This document shows positions 30,194 to 38,800 of a stretch of 64,000 bases of DNA, in pieces (positions within the stretch are counted from its first letter, which is position 1; each line of letters starts with the position of its first letter). Below the pieces are notes generated by a model. It was not told where the DNA came from and did no database searches. It saw nothing but the letters and a program-made list of their open reading frames with translations. Both the position numbers and the translations under genes were made by a program. The stretch is from Candidatus Bathyarchaeia archaeon. GTDB taxonomy: Archaea > Thermoproteota > Bathyarchaeia > Bathyarchaeales > Bathycorpusculaceae. The stretch lies in assembly GCA_038883655.1 (NCBI GenBank), contig JAVZLQ010000002.1, positions 238,396 through 302,395 on the forward strand, read 5' to 3'.

Positions 30194-31291
30194 ATGGTTG
30201 ACCATAGAATTGAAAAACTTGCGAAGCTTTCTGTTCAATATAGTGTTGCAGTTAAACCAAAAGAAAAAGTGCTAATAATTGGAAGCGTGGAAGCAGCACC
30301 CCTAATAAACGAGTTATACAAAGAGTGCTTGTTAAGCGACGCCTACCCCATGATCATGCCACAGCTGGAAACAGACTACACATTCTACAAATACGCAAAA
30401 GAACATCAACTAACATACGTCTCGCCATTCGAAAAATTCCTAATCGAAAACATCGACGTGCAAATAGGCATTTTCTGCGAGCCAAACCCAAAGAGACTAA
30501 CCAACATAAACCCTACAAAAATGAGGATACGCGCAGCCTCAAGAAAAGAACTAGCGGAAATAAGAATTAAAAGGGAGGCTGAAGGGAAACTCCGCTGGAC
30601 ACTCCTACCATACCCAATTCCTGCTCAAGCGCAAGAGGCTGCCATGGCTTTGGCTGAATACGAAGACTTTGTTTATGGCAGCTGTCTCGTCGATAAGGAA
30701 GACCCTGTTGCAGAGTGGAAACGCATACATGACGAGCAAGAGAGAATCTGCAGTTTCTTGAACTCAATAGAGGAAATTCGCTTTGTTGGAGAAGACACAG
30801 ACCTAAAAATGAGCGTTAAGGGTAGGAAATGGATAAACTGTAGCGGAGAAAAGAACATGCCAGACGGAGAGGTCTTCACCGGACCTGTTGAAAATTCCGC
30901 GAACGGCACGATAAGGTTTACTTTTCCAGGAATATATGGTGGCAGAGAAATCGAGGACGTGAGGCTCACGTTTGAGGATGGAAAAGTTGTCAAGGCTTCA
31001 GCTTCTAAAGGCGAAGAATTCTTAAAAGAGATTCTAAAGGTTGAAGGTGCGGATCGTATAGGCGAAATCGCCATTGGAACAAACTACGCAATAACAAGGT
31101 TTACAAAGAACATGCTCTTCGACGAAAAAATGGGCGGAACAATTCACATGGCTCTTGGAATGTCAATCCCAGAATCAGGTGGCATAAATGTCTCGGCTGT
31201 TCATTGGGATATTCTTAAGGATATGAAGAGGGACGGCGAAATCTACGCGGACGGCAAACTCTTCTACAAAAACGGCAAATTCCTAATATAA
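30194..31291 (+). CDS. M29 family aminopeptidase
   Basis: NMPDGEVF, GEIAIG, FDEKMGGTIH.ALG, SAVHWD. Confidence 0.92.
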   Translation: MVDHRIEKLAKLSVQYSVAVKPKEKVLIIGSVEAAPLINELYKECLLSDAYPMIMPQLETDYTFYKYAKEHQLTYVSPFEKFLIENIDVQIGIFCEPNPKRLTNINPTKMRIRAASRKELAEIRIKREAEGKLRWTLLPYPIPAQAQEAAMALAEYEDFVYGSCLVDKEDPVAEWKRIHDEQERICSFLNSIEEIRFVGEDTDLKMSVKGRKWINCSGEKNMPDGEVFTGPVENSANGTIRFTFPGIYGGREIEDVRLTFEDGKVVKASASKGEEFLKEILKVEGADRIGEIAIGTNYAITRFTKNMLFDEKMGGTIHMALGMSIPESGGINVSAVHWDILKDMKRDGEIYADGKLFYKNGKFLI

Positions 31292-31363
31292 AGCATGATT
31301 CAATTTTAAGCTATAATCTATAACCAACAGCAATGACCATCTCTACAGCAAAGGAGACTCTAA

Positions 31364-32668
31364 ATGAGGAAAGAAAAAATCAAAGAATCAACGCTTACAG
31401 GTTTAGGGAAAGTCTTTTTTAATTTAAGCCTTTTCCAATTCTTAACCTTTGTCAGAAGAGGTGTATTCTACACTTTCATGATAAACTATCTCTACATGCT
31501 GATGGGAACCGTTACGTCAACGGCGGCCCTTGGAACGCTTAACATGTTTGCCTCTGGCTTGGGGCAGAACTTGTTGTGGGGAAAAATAAGTGACCGTTAC
31601 AAATTGAGGTCTAAGCTTGTTATTACTGGCGAAACCATAGCGGCTTTCGCCTACATAGCAGTATTTCTGGTGCACAAGTCTTTTATCGACGTTGGAAATG
31701 GTGTTGCCGCTGGCTTAACAATAATCTTCGGATTATCCGTCCTCGAATTCTTCTGGTCCATGTCAGACGTTGGGTGGGCTGCGCTTTTAACTGATGTTAC
31801 AACGCCCGAAGTTCGTGGAAAAGTTGTTGGGGTATTAAACTTTATTGCTTCGTTGGGTAGGATGGTCGGCATCTTTTTCGCTGGATACTTATACTTTGAG
31901 GGTGAGGGCTTCAAAAATGGGACAATATTCTTCGTAGTGACAACTCTGCTTTTTGTAGGCGCAGTGATAATGGCTTTGGTTTCAAGACGAGAAAAGGCAA
32001 AAACCGCTTCTATTCCGATTGCCCGAAAACATGAAAAACATGAAAGCGAGTTTTATGGTGAAAATGAGAGGACTTACAAGTGGTTTCTTGCATCCCTAAT
32101 AATTATTGTTTTGGGTATGGCGTCAATAAATCAAATCTTCCTCCTATTCCTGGAGCTTCCAGAAGGCTTAGGCGCACAAAGCCAGGAAATGAGCATCATA
32201 CTCTCTGCATGGACTGCCGGCGGGATGATTGCAAGCTTAACCTCTGGAAGCCTAGCAGATAAGGTTGGAAGAGCTAAAGCAATAGTTTTGGGGCTTTTTT
32301 TAGCCATTTTCACGCCATTATCTTATGGATATGCAAGAAGTGTGCCTTTAATGGCTCTTGTTTACGGCTTAAACGGTGTTGCATTCTGGACTGTCCAAAC
32401 GGTTGGCTTTGCTCTTGCCGGCGATTTAATCCCAGAACATAGAAGAGGACGCTTGTTTGGGCGATATAACACGGTTATGGCGTTAAGCTGGGGACCAGCC
32501 GGACTTTTCGTTGGAGGACCGTTCGCAGATTTTCAGGTCAACTTTCTCGGAATGCCGAAAAGCATAGCGTACATTAACGCCTTTTATCTCTCTTCAATAA
32601 TTGTTGCTTTGGGTACCGCGCTTTTCATTGCCAAAATAGTATTTAAATTCAAAACTGTGCAATATTAA
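31364..32668 (+). CDS. MFS transporter
   Basis: About 12 TMs; GKISDRY and GSLADKVGR motif A. Confidence 0.9.
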   Translation: MRKEKIKESTLTGLGKVFFNLSLFQFLTFVRRGVFYTFMINYLYMLMGTVTSTAALGTLNMFASGLGQNLLWGKISDRYKLRSKLVITGETIAAFAYIAVFLVHKSFIDVGNGVAAGLTIIFGLSVLEFFWSMSDVGWAALLTDVTTPEVRGKVVGVLNFIASLGRMVGIFFAGYLYFEGEGFKNGTIFFVVTTLLFVGAVIMALVSRREKAKTASIPIARKHEKHESEFYGENERTYKWFLASLIIIVLGMASINQIFLLFLELPEGLGAQSQEMSIILSAWTAGGMIASLTSGSLADKVGRAKAIVLGLFLAIFTPLSYGYARSVPLMALVYGLNGVAFWTVQTVGFALAGDLIPEHRRGRLFGRYNTVMALSWGPAGLFVGGPFADFQVNFLGMPKSIAYINAFYLSSIIVALGTALFIAKIVFKFKTVQY

Positions 32669-32696
32669 CAGCAAAAACTAGAGGGGGTAGCCAATA

Positions 32697-33185
32697 TTGG
32701 AGTTTCGAACAGTTAAAATTGATGTTCCAGAGGGCTGCAACGTTATTTTGGGCATGGCGCACTTCATAAAAACCGTTGAAGATTTGTATGAGGCTATGGT
32801 AAACGCAGTTCCAAATGTAAAGTTTGGTATAGGGTTTTGCGAAAGTTCTGGTCCTTGCCTTGTCCGCCATGAAGGAAATGATGAGGAGCTTAGGCAGTTA
32901 GCAGCCAAAAAAGCCTACGAAATTGCTTGTGGACACAGTTTCATAATATTCATGAAAAACGCCTATCCAATAAACGTCCTAGACAAAATAAAAAGAGTGC
33001 CGGAAGTATGCACAATTTATGCTGCAACGGCGAACCCGTTAGAAGTTATAATTGCAGAGACAGAGCAGGGAAGGGGTATAATAGGCGTAATAGACGGCTT
33101 AAAAAGTAAGGGAATAGAAAACGAAAACGACATAAAAGCGCGGAAGGAGTTTCTGCGAAAAATAGGTTACAAACTTGATCCGTAA
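32697..33185 (+). CDS. adenosine-specific kinase family (DUF355)
   Basis: [32 protein letters not shown]. Confidence 0.88.
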   Translation: MEFRTVKIDVPEGCNVILGMAHFIKTVEDLYEAMVNAVPNVKFGIGFCESSGPCLVRHEGNDEELRQLAAKKAYEIACGHSFIIFMKNAYPINVLDKIKRVPEVCTIYAATANPLEVIIAETEQGRGIIGVIDGLKSKGIENENDIKARKEFLRKIGYKLDP

Positions 33186-33192
33186 AAAGAGC

Positions 33193-33214
33193 GCCGCAGG
33201 GTGAAGTTGCCCCG
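33193..33214 (-). repeat. 3' UTR arm complementary to the 5' UTR/RBS of gene 33261..33479
   Basis: Perfect 16-bp inverted repeat (33196-33211 vs 33480-33495), extending to 22 bp with G-U pairs on the minus-strand RNA. Confidence 0.85.
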
Positions 33215-33260
33215 CGAGGTTTGGCGGTATTAAATGTCCTATTCAGCTTTTGACTTGCGT

Positions 33261-33479
33261 TTATCTACGTACTATTAACTCGTGTTGAAATTCCATTGGA
33301 GGTTTTTCTCTCATCTTGACTGCTGCGTAGGCGACAAGCTTCTTAAACTGCCTTTCATTTAGAATGTTTCGCGCCCGTGACAAAATTTCTAGGCAAACTT
33401 CTTTAAAAACAAGGTCTGCACAGCCCATTTTTGCATCGTCAATAAGTTCTTTGCAAGCTTGAAGGATTTGCTCGTTCAA
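33261..33479 (-). CDS. small helical hypothetical protein (72 aa, 3 Cys)
   Basis: ORF track 33261..33500; TTG at 33479 with GGTGA RBS. Confidence 0.75.
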   Translation of the reverse strand: MNEQILQACKELIDDAKMGCADLVFKEVCLEILSRARNILNERQFKKLVAYAAVKMREKPPMEFQHELIVRR

Positions 33480-33498
33480 GGCAACTTCACCCTGCAGC
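33477..33498 (-). promoter_or_regulatory. 5' UTR arm containing RBS and start codon; pairs with 33193..33214
   Basis: GCUGCAGGGUGAAGUUGCCUUG; TATA-like TTTTAAT at 33525-33519. Confidence 0.75.
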
Positions 33499-33674
33499 AA
33501 ATAACTTAACTCAGAAACATTAAAACACTTATGAATTCAAAAACAATATTACAAATCCAAATTTCAAAAGCAGTTCACGCAATTTTTTGTATGACCCGAT
33601 ACACAAGGAACAAACCAAGGGCAAACGACATGATGGATAAGACCGCAAGCGCTCGTTACGTGCTTTTTGTAACG

Positions 33675-33794
33675 TTAAGATTTTGTAAGCTTCATTGGTT
33701 TTCCACAGCAGACAAGTGTTCCCTTTCCAGCTTCGATGACTTTTACTTTGTTGCCGCATATTTCACAAAGGTAAATTTCTCCAACCTTCGTCAT
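33675..33794 (-). CDS. desulforedoxin-like Fe(Cys)4 protein (39 aa)
   Basis: Manual translation [39 protein letters not shown]; GGAGGTGA RBS. Confidence 0.9.
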   Translation of the reverse strand: MTKVGEIYLCEICGNKVKVIEAGKGTLVCCGKPMKLTKS

Positions 33795-33883
33795 AGTTTC
33801 ACCTCCGTTTGTGTGCTGACAGACCTAAAACTATTAGTGTGAGCTTTTGGCTTATTAATGGCGCTTGCGGTGCTGGTGTTTTG

Positions 33884-34756
33884 ATGAGCACGACGGATGA
33901 GACGCGCTTAATTGAAGAGAGCAGAAGGCAGATAATTGCGCAGATGGAGAAGCTCAAGAGTAGAATGGAGAAGGTTAGGCATAAAATCGCTGTTATAAGC
34001 GGGAAAGGGGGCGTTGGAAAGAGCACCGTCACAGTGAATTTAGCCGTAGCCTTCGCCGTTCATGGACACGCCAACCGCGTCGGCATATTAGACGCAGACA
34101 TCCACGGACCAAGTGTGCCAAAAATTCTGGGCTTAGCTGGACAAAGATTGCAAGCTGGTCCGCCTGGGGTTTTTCCAGTTTTGGGTTCCTTGGGCATAAA
34201 GGTTGTTTCTATGGATTTTTTGTTGCCAGACGAGAATGCGCCTGTCATTTGGCGTGGACCATTGAAAATGACGGCTATACGGCAATTTCTATCAGACATT
34301 GTTTGGGGTGAGCTTGACATACTGCTTATTGATTTGCCTCCTGGAACTGGTGATGAACCCTTGAGCATTGCGCAGTTGCTGCCAGAACTTGACGGCGTGA
34401 TCATCGTTACCATTCCATCTGAAGTTTCACAGATGGTCGTTAAGAAGGCTGTTACTTTTTCGAGAAGGCTTGGAATGCCAATTATAGGCGTTATTGAAAA
34501 CATGAGCGGGTTTGTTTGTCCAAACTGCGGCGCGAAGGTTGACATTTTCCAGTCTGGCGGAGGAATGAAAATAGCTGAAGAGTTGGCTATACCTTTTCTT
34601 GGGAGCATACCAATAGACCAGAAAATCAGCGAGGCTTCTGACAAGGGCACGCCTTTCATAGTTGAGCATGCCGATTCTCCAGCGTCAAAGGCTTTCATGG
34701 AAATAGTGAAAAAGGTTGAAGGATTCCTAAAAAATAGAGAAAAAGCGCAGGGATAG
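33884..34756 (+). CDS. Mrp/NBP35 (ApbC) Fe-S cluster carrier ATPase
   Basis: SGKGGVGKS, DADIHGPS, WRGP, PPGTGD, ENMS...CPNCG. Confidence 0.93.
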   Translation: MSTTDETRLIEESRRQIIAQMEKLKSRMEKVRHKIAVISGKGGVGKSTVTVNLAVAFAVHGHANRVGILDADIHGPSVPKILGLAGQRLQAGPPGVFPVLGSLGIKVVSMDFLLPDENAPVIWRGPLKMTAIRQFLSDIVWGELDILLIDLPPGTGDEPLSIAQLLPELDGVIIVTIPSEVSQMVVKKAVTFSRRLGMPIIGVIENMSGFVCPNCGAKVDIFQSGGGMKIAEELAIPFLGSIPIDQKISEASDKGTPFIVEHADSPASKAFMEIVKKVEGFLKNREKAQG

Positions 34757-34763
34757 GCGCCAG

Positions 34764-35195
34764 ATGAACGGGAAGGGCGAAGTGCGCTTCATAGGAGTTG
34801 TGGAAAAAGCTGGCGAGCAAGAAGCCATAATAACTGTTTTTCCAGAATTCTGCGCTGGATTAAAGGGAATAGAAGAGTTTTCACACTTAATCGTTCTGTA
34901 CTGGATTCATTTGCGCGACGAGGAAAAGGAAAGACGGACATTGCTTGTTTTTCCAAGGAGGCATGCGGTTAACGTTGAAGTTGGGGTTTTCGCGTGTAGA
35001 AGTCCATCGCGTCCAAATCCTATAGGCCTGTGCGTTGTTGAATTGGTTAGGGTTGAGGACTGCAAACTAATTGTTAGTGGTCTCGACGCTTTTGAGGGTT
35101 CGCCAATAATTGACGTTAAGCCTTACATTCCACGGGCTGATGCCGTTCTAAACGCGCGTGCCCCAGAATGGACTTGGCATGGACCAAAAACATAA
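34764..35195 (+). CDS. tsaA: TsaA/TrmO-like SAM-binding protein
   Basis: GVFACRSPSRPNPIG, GLDA..GSPI.DVKPY. Confidence 0.85.
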   Translation: MNGKGEVRFIGVVEKAGEQEAIITVFPEFCAGLKGIEEFSHLIVLYWIHLRDEEKERRTLLVFPRRHAVNVEVGVFACRSPSRPNPIGLCVVELVRVEDCKLIVSGLDAFEGSPIIDVKPYIPRADAVLNARAPEWTWHGPKT

Positions 35196-35202
35196 TTGAC
35201 GG

Positions 35203-35553
35203 TTAATACCTACTCTCACAGTCGAAGCACAAGTCCGTTTGCCTATTCGTCCAGAACGTTTTGCCACATCTTACGCATCTAACTTTGTGCAGCAACCCTT
35301 TCTCTTCGGTCTTCACAAAAGCCAATGCGGATTCTCTTCTTGGGAAACTTATGGCTTTATTATGGCATAGAGGTTCGCATGCAGTGCAGCCGTTAACGCA
35401 CTTGTGTGGATTTGCAACTATGGCTTTTCCATCTTGGAAGGCGAAAACACCTTGTGGACAGAACTCCACGCACCGCGGCTTCCCGATTTTTACGCACCCA
35501 TCACACTTTTCTGGGAAAATTGTTGGGTACCAGGCGCCACATGCCTTTGCCAT
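35203..35553 (-). CDS. 4Fe-4S dicluster ferredoxin with C-terminal Zn knuckle
   Basis: CDGC...C...CP; C..GC..C...C; CVRCGKTF...CFDC. Confidence 0.85.
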   Translation of the reverse strand: MAKACGAWYPTIFPEKCDGCVKIGKPRCVEFCPQGVFAFQDGKAIVANPHKCVNGCTACEPLCHNKAISFPRRESALAFVKTEEKGLLHKVRCVRCGKTFWTNRQTDLCFDCESRY

Positions 35554-35754
35554 TTATCTTTCGCCTTTAAGGCTTTTTCTGCAGTCAAGGCAATATTCTG
35601 TTTCAAAATTTGCCAGAAAAGTTTTGCCACGTCTCTTGCACGCAACTTCTTTAAGCATGGCACCCTTAATGGGCGAAACAGTCTTTAGGATGTCCGCTGC
35701 TGCTTGAGAACACGCACAAGGCGAACTTGTCTCGGCTTCTTTATTCCTTGACAT
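35554..35754 (-). CDS. small Cys-rich protein
   Basis: PCAC; CKRRGKTF...CLDC, paralogous to the tail of 35203..35553. Confidence 0.65.
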   Translation of the reverse strand: MSRNKEAETSSPCACSQAAADILKTVSPIKGAMLKEVACKRRGKTFLANFETEYCLDCRKSLKGER

Positions 35755-35757
35755 TTT

Positions 35758-36813
35758 CTACAGCGACCCGGACAGCATGCCGTATAAAAGTCCAAAGATT
35801 ACGCTGCCAGCCCACGCAATTAGCATGTATGTTAGAACTACCTTCCATTTTGCAATCTTTGAAACTGCAAGCGCGTTTGCAACATCGTATGGCTGTCCCA
35901 TAAGCCAAGAAAGAAGTGCCCCCCTAGACATGCCAAGCTCAAGCATCCCTTTACCAAGTGCAATTTCCACAAGCGTCGGAGTGTAAAGCGGACCGCCTAT
36001 AACAGACGCGATTAACACGCCCGTGAAACCAGTTAGATACGCGCCAACAATGTCTTCTGGAAGGTAAGCCTGAACATAGCTGACAGCAATCAGCCCCAAA
36101 ATGAAGAATGGCAAAATTTGTTTCGCAAGATAAGCTGCAAATTTCAGCGAAGCAAGCAACCTCTCATCTAGTGGCGGCTTTACTATTTCCACCGCTGCCT
36201 GCACGTTTAAACTGCCAATTTGATGCTCTTTTTCTATGGCTTTCCCCCAAGGAGTTCGCGAAATGATTATTCCAGCAGCAAGCGCAACAACCATGGAAAC
36301 TATTATGCGTACGCCAGCAACCTCCCAAGATATCATTTCTCCAGTAAGCAAAATGGAAAGTATGTTGGCGGCTGGAGCCATAAGCAAGAAGGTTATTGCT
36401 GGGCCTATTCCAGCGCCCGCGTATAGGACCCCAGCAAATAATGGAACCATGGTGCATGAACAGACCGTCAAGAAAGGCGCAATTCCAAGGGCAATTCCAT
36501 AGCCAACAACTTTTCCGCTGCTCATGTATTTTGTTATTGCCTCTTTTGGCACAAACTCGTAGATTAGGCCAGCGGTTGTAAATGCGAATAGGAGACAAAT
36601 CGTTCCGTGACTGAAGTAGTCGATGAGGTATATTATTGGGATTTGCCATACTGGCAATCCACGTAAGTCAACGGGTTTCGATTGGGGTGCAAACGAGTAT
36701 GCCATTATGCGACTGTAAATTAAGAGTGCTACTACTATGGCGATGAATGTTAAAATTATGCTTGTCTTGATTTTTCTGATGATCTCTTCGTCCATACGTT
36801 TTAGCCTTCTCAC
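35758..36813 (-). CDS. ArsP/DUF318 family permease
   Basis: PFLTVCSC..VP, FL..AP..N, about 8-9 TMs. Confidence 0.88.
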   Translation of the reverse strand: MRRLKRMDEEIIRKIKTSIILTFIAIVVALLIYSRIMAYSFAPQSKPVDLRGLPVWQIPIIYLIDYFSHGTICLLFAFTTAGLIYEFVPKEAITKYMSSGKVVGYGIALGIAPFLTVCSCTMVPLFAGVLYAGAGIGPAITFLLMAPAANILSILLTGEMISWEVAGVRIIVSMVVALAAGIIISRTPWGKAIEKEHQIGSLNVQAAVEIVKPPLDERLLASLKFAAYLAKQILPFFILGLIAVSYVQAYLPEDIVGAYLTGFTGVLIASVIGGPLYTPTLVEIALGKGMLELGMSRGALLSWLMGQPYDVANALAVSKIAKWKVVLTYMLIAWAGSVIFGLLYGMLSGSL

Positions 36814-37082
36814 TTTGCAGCTTCTCTCAAAAGCCTTTCCAACTCGTCCTCGCTTGGAACTCTGCCCATAATCTTGACAACACCGTTGATGGCTATTGCT
36901 GGAGAAACCAAAACACCATACTTTTGCGCCGTGTCCTTCGAGATTATGTTTACCTTTTCAACCGTGACTGGTACACCAGCAGCCTTTAGCTTTTCCGCTG
37001 TTTTTTCCACAACCTTCTTTGCCGCGTGACAACGCACACACGGCGGCTCAGGTCCAATAACTTCGACTTTTACTTCTTTCAT
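36810..37082 (-). CDS. small thioredoxin-like protein (MTH895-like)
   Basis: PPCVRC, YGV..SPA..ING, GRVP. Confidence 0.88.
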   Translation of the reverse strand: MKEVKVEVIGPEPPCVRCHAAKKVVEKTAEKLKAAGVPVTVEKVNIISKDTAQKYGVLVSPAIAINGVVKIMGRVPSEDELERLLREAAK

Positions 37083-37117
37083 TTCTGATTCACCAAGTAG
37101 GCATGGTAAGTTTATAG

Positions 37118-37133
37118 CAATATTTAAATATTG
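37118..37133. promoter_or_regulatory. probable ArsR operator at divergent promoter
   Basis: Perfect palindrome CAATATTTAAATATTG, identical to 37901..37916. Confidence 0.75.
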
Positions 37134-37157
37134 TTATAAGCTTTACCTTGAACACAC

Positions 37158-37529
37158 ATGAAACTGGTTGAGAACGCAATGACAAGTGCAAAAGGTGTTA
37201 AACCTTCTTGGCATGGGGTTCCACGCGAAGAAATTGGGTGGCATCCGACAGTTGAACGCGAACTCTGCGTTGGATGTGGCTTGTGCGTCTTGGGATGCGC
37301 AGCCAACGTTTATGCGTTTGATTATAACCAAAATAAGCCAGTGGTGGTTGCACCGTTAAACTGTAAGGTTGGATGCGTAACATGTGCAAACACATGTCCA
37401 ACCCACGCCATAAGTTTTCCATCACTTTCCTATCTTCATAAAATCATCAAACAAAGGAAAGTTTTGGCAAGAAGCAGGGAAGAACTGAAAGAAAGTATGG
37501 ACCACCTTGCCTATAAAGGTGAAAAGTAA
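37158..37529 (+). CDS. 4Fe-4S dicluster ferredoxin family protein
   Basis: WHGVPREEI.W.P; CVGCGLCVLGC; CKVGCVTCANTCP. Confidence 0.9.
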   Translation: MKLVENAMTSAKGVKPSWHGVPREEIGWHPTVERELCVGCGLCVLGCAANVYAFDYNQNKPVVVAPLNCKVGCVTCANTCPTHAISFPSLSYLHKIIKQRKVLARSREELKESMDHLAYKGEK

Positions 37530-37545
37530 GCGATGCTTGTAAGAA

Positions 37546-37893
37546 GTGTGGCTAATGGGCAACACTAAAAATGGCGTTATACGAATTAGAACATGGAAGG
37601 AATTCAGAGAAATAGGAGACAAGACGGGCGCTTCCGTTGTTGTCTATAACATTGAGCAAAATGCCTTTTCAGAAAACAAAGAACTTACATGTTTAAGGTT
37701 GATACTCCCATGTGAAGGCGTACAATACGTTTTCCTTGATTTTCCAAGAGGAGATAAATTAAGGGAAACTGGCATCGCACTTCGCAAGGATAAACGCGGA
37801 AACCGCTATCTACGCGATGAAGATGTAATTGTTTTCTTGAAAAGAGAATTTGGAAAAGAAAACCTTCAAATATGTTCTTATTGGACCGTCTAG
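37546..37893 (+). CDS. hypothetical protein
   Basis: 115 aa ORF co-oriented in operon. Confidence 0.7.
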   Translation: MWLMGNTKNGVIRIRTWKEFREIGDKTGASVVVYNIEQNAFSENKELTCLRLILPCEGVQYVFLDFPRGDKLRETGIALRKDKRGNRYLRDEDVIVFLKREFGKENLQICSYWTV

Positions 37894-37900
37894 TCAATAA

Positions 37901-37916
37901 CAATATTTAAATATTG
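37901..37916. promoter_or_regulatory. probable ArsR autoregulatory operator
   Basis: CAATATTTAAATATTG about 20 bp upstream of the arsR ATG, overlapping its TATA box. Confidence 0.75.
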
Positions 37917-37935
37917 ATATTAACCTTTTTCACAT

Positions 37936-38265
37936 ATGCAACAAACAAAAACAAAGTCAAAAGTAAATACGTTTAAAGCGAAAATTTTCAAGGCACTAGC
38001 AGACCCGGTAAGACTAGACATAATTAATCTGATGCGTGACGGCGAAAAATGTGTCTGCGAAATCGTCCCAAAAGTGGGGGCAATTCAACCAGTAGTTTCG
38101 CGCCACTTGAAAATCTTGAAAAGCTGCGGCATTCTTAAAGAGAGAAAATCCGGAAATAGAAGACTATATTCCATCACCGACCAGAGAATTTTTAGAGTTA
38201 TTGACGCCTTAACAGCTGAACTTGTTGAATCCCTATCAGAAAGCATGTTAGAGCAAATAATTTGA
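37936..38265 (+). CDS. arsR: ArsR/SmtB family repressor with CVC metalloid-binding box
   Basis: FKALADPVRL, EKCVCEI, QP.VSRHL. Confidence 0.88.
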   Translation: MQQTKTKSKVNTFKAKIFKALADPVRLDIINLMRDGEKCVCEIVPKVGAIQPVVSRHLKILKSCGILKERKSGNRRLYSITDQRIFRVIDALTAELVESLSESMLEQII

Positions 38266-38279
38266 TTTTGGTGATTAGA

Positions 38280-38540
38280 ATGGTTATTAAGGTTGAGGTT
38301 TTTACTGCTGAACCGCCGTGTGCAGGTTGCCTAAAACTCTTGGAATATGCGGATTTGATTAAAGCCAAGTACGGCGAGAAAGTTGATGTGATAAAGCATG
38401 TTGGTCCATGCGAGGAATTCAGCAAGTACGGTTTAACAGTGGTTCCGGCAGTGGTGTTTAATGAAGGCAAGATAAAGATTATGGGTGTGTGTCCAAGCAT
38501 TCAGACGATTGAAGCGGCACTTAAAGAAATGGGGGTGTAA
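38280..38540 (+). CDS. thioredoxin-like protein
   Basis: PPCAGC, YG...VPA, GVCPS. Confidence 0.85.
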   Translation: MVIKVEVFTAEPPCAGCLKLLEYADLIKAKYGEKVDVIKHVGPCEEFSKYGLTVVPAVVFNEGKIKIMGVCPSIQTIEAALKEMGV

Positions 38541-38542
38541 GC

Positions 38543-38800
38543 ATGCCAGTGAAAGTTGAAGTTTTCACTTCTGAGCCGCCTTGTTCTGGCGGAAGACTTC
38601 TGCTAAAGCTTATCGAAAAAGTTAGACAGGAATATGCCGATAAAATTGAATTGGAAATCTATCGTGGAGTATGCCAAAAACTTGATGAGTATGGAATACG
38701 CGCAAGCCCAGCAATCGTAATTGACAAAGATATTCGCATAATTGGCGTCTGTCCAAGCGAAGAAACACTGAAAGAAGCCCTGAGAGAAGCTGGCGTATGA
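38543..38800 (+). CDS. thioredoxin-like protein (CxxG variant)
   Basis: PPCSGG, YGI.ASPA, GVCPS. Confidence 0.8.
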   Translation: MPVKVEVFTSEPPCSGGRLLLKLIEKVRQEYADKIELEIYRGVCQKLDEYGIRASPAIVIDKDIRIIGVCPSEETLKEALREAGV

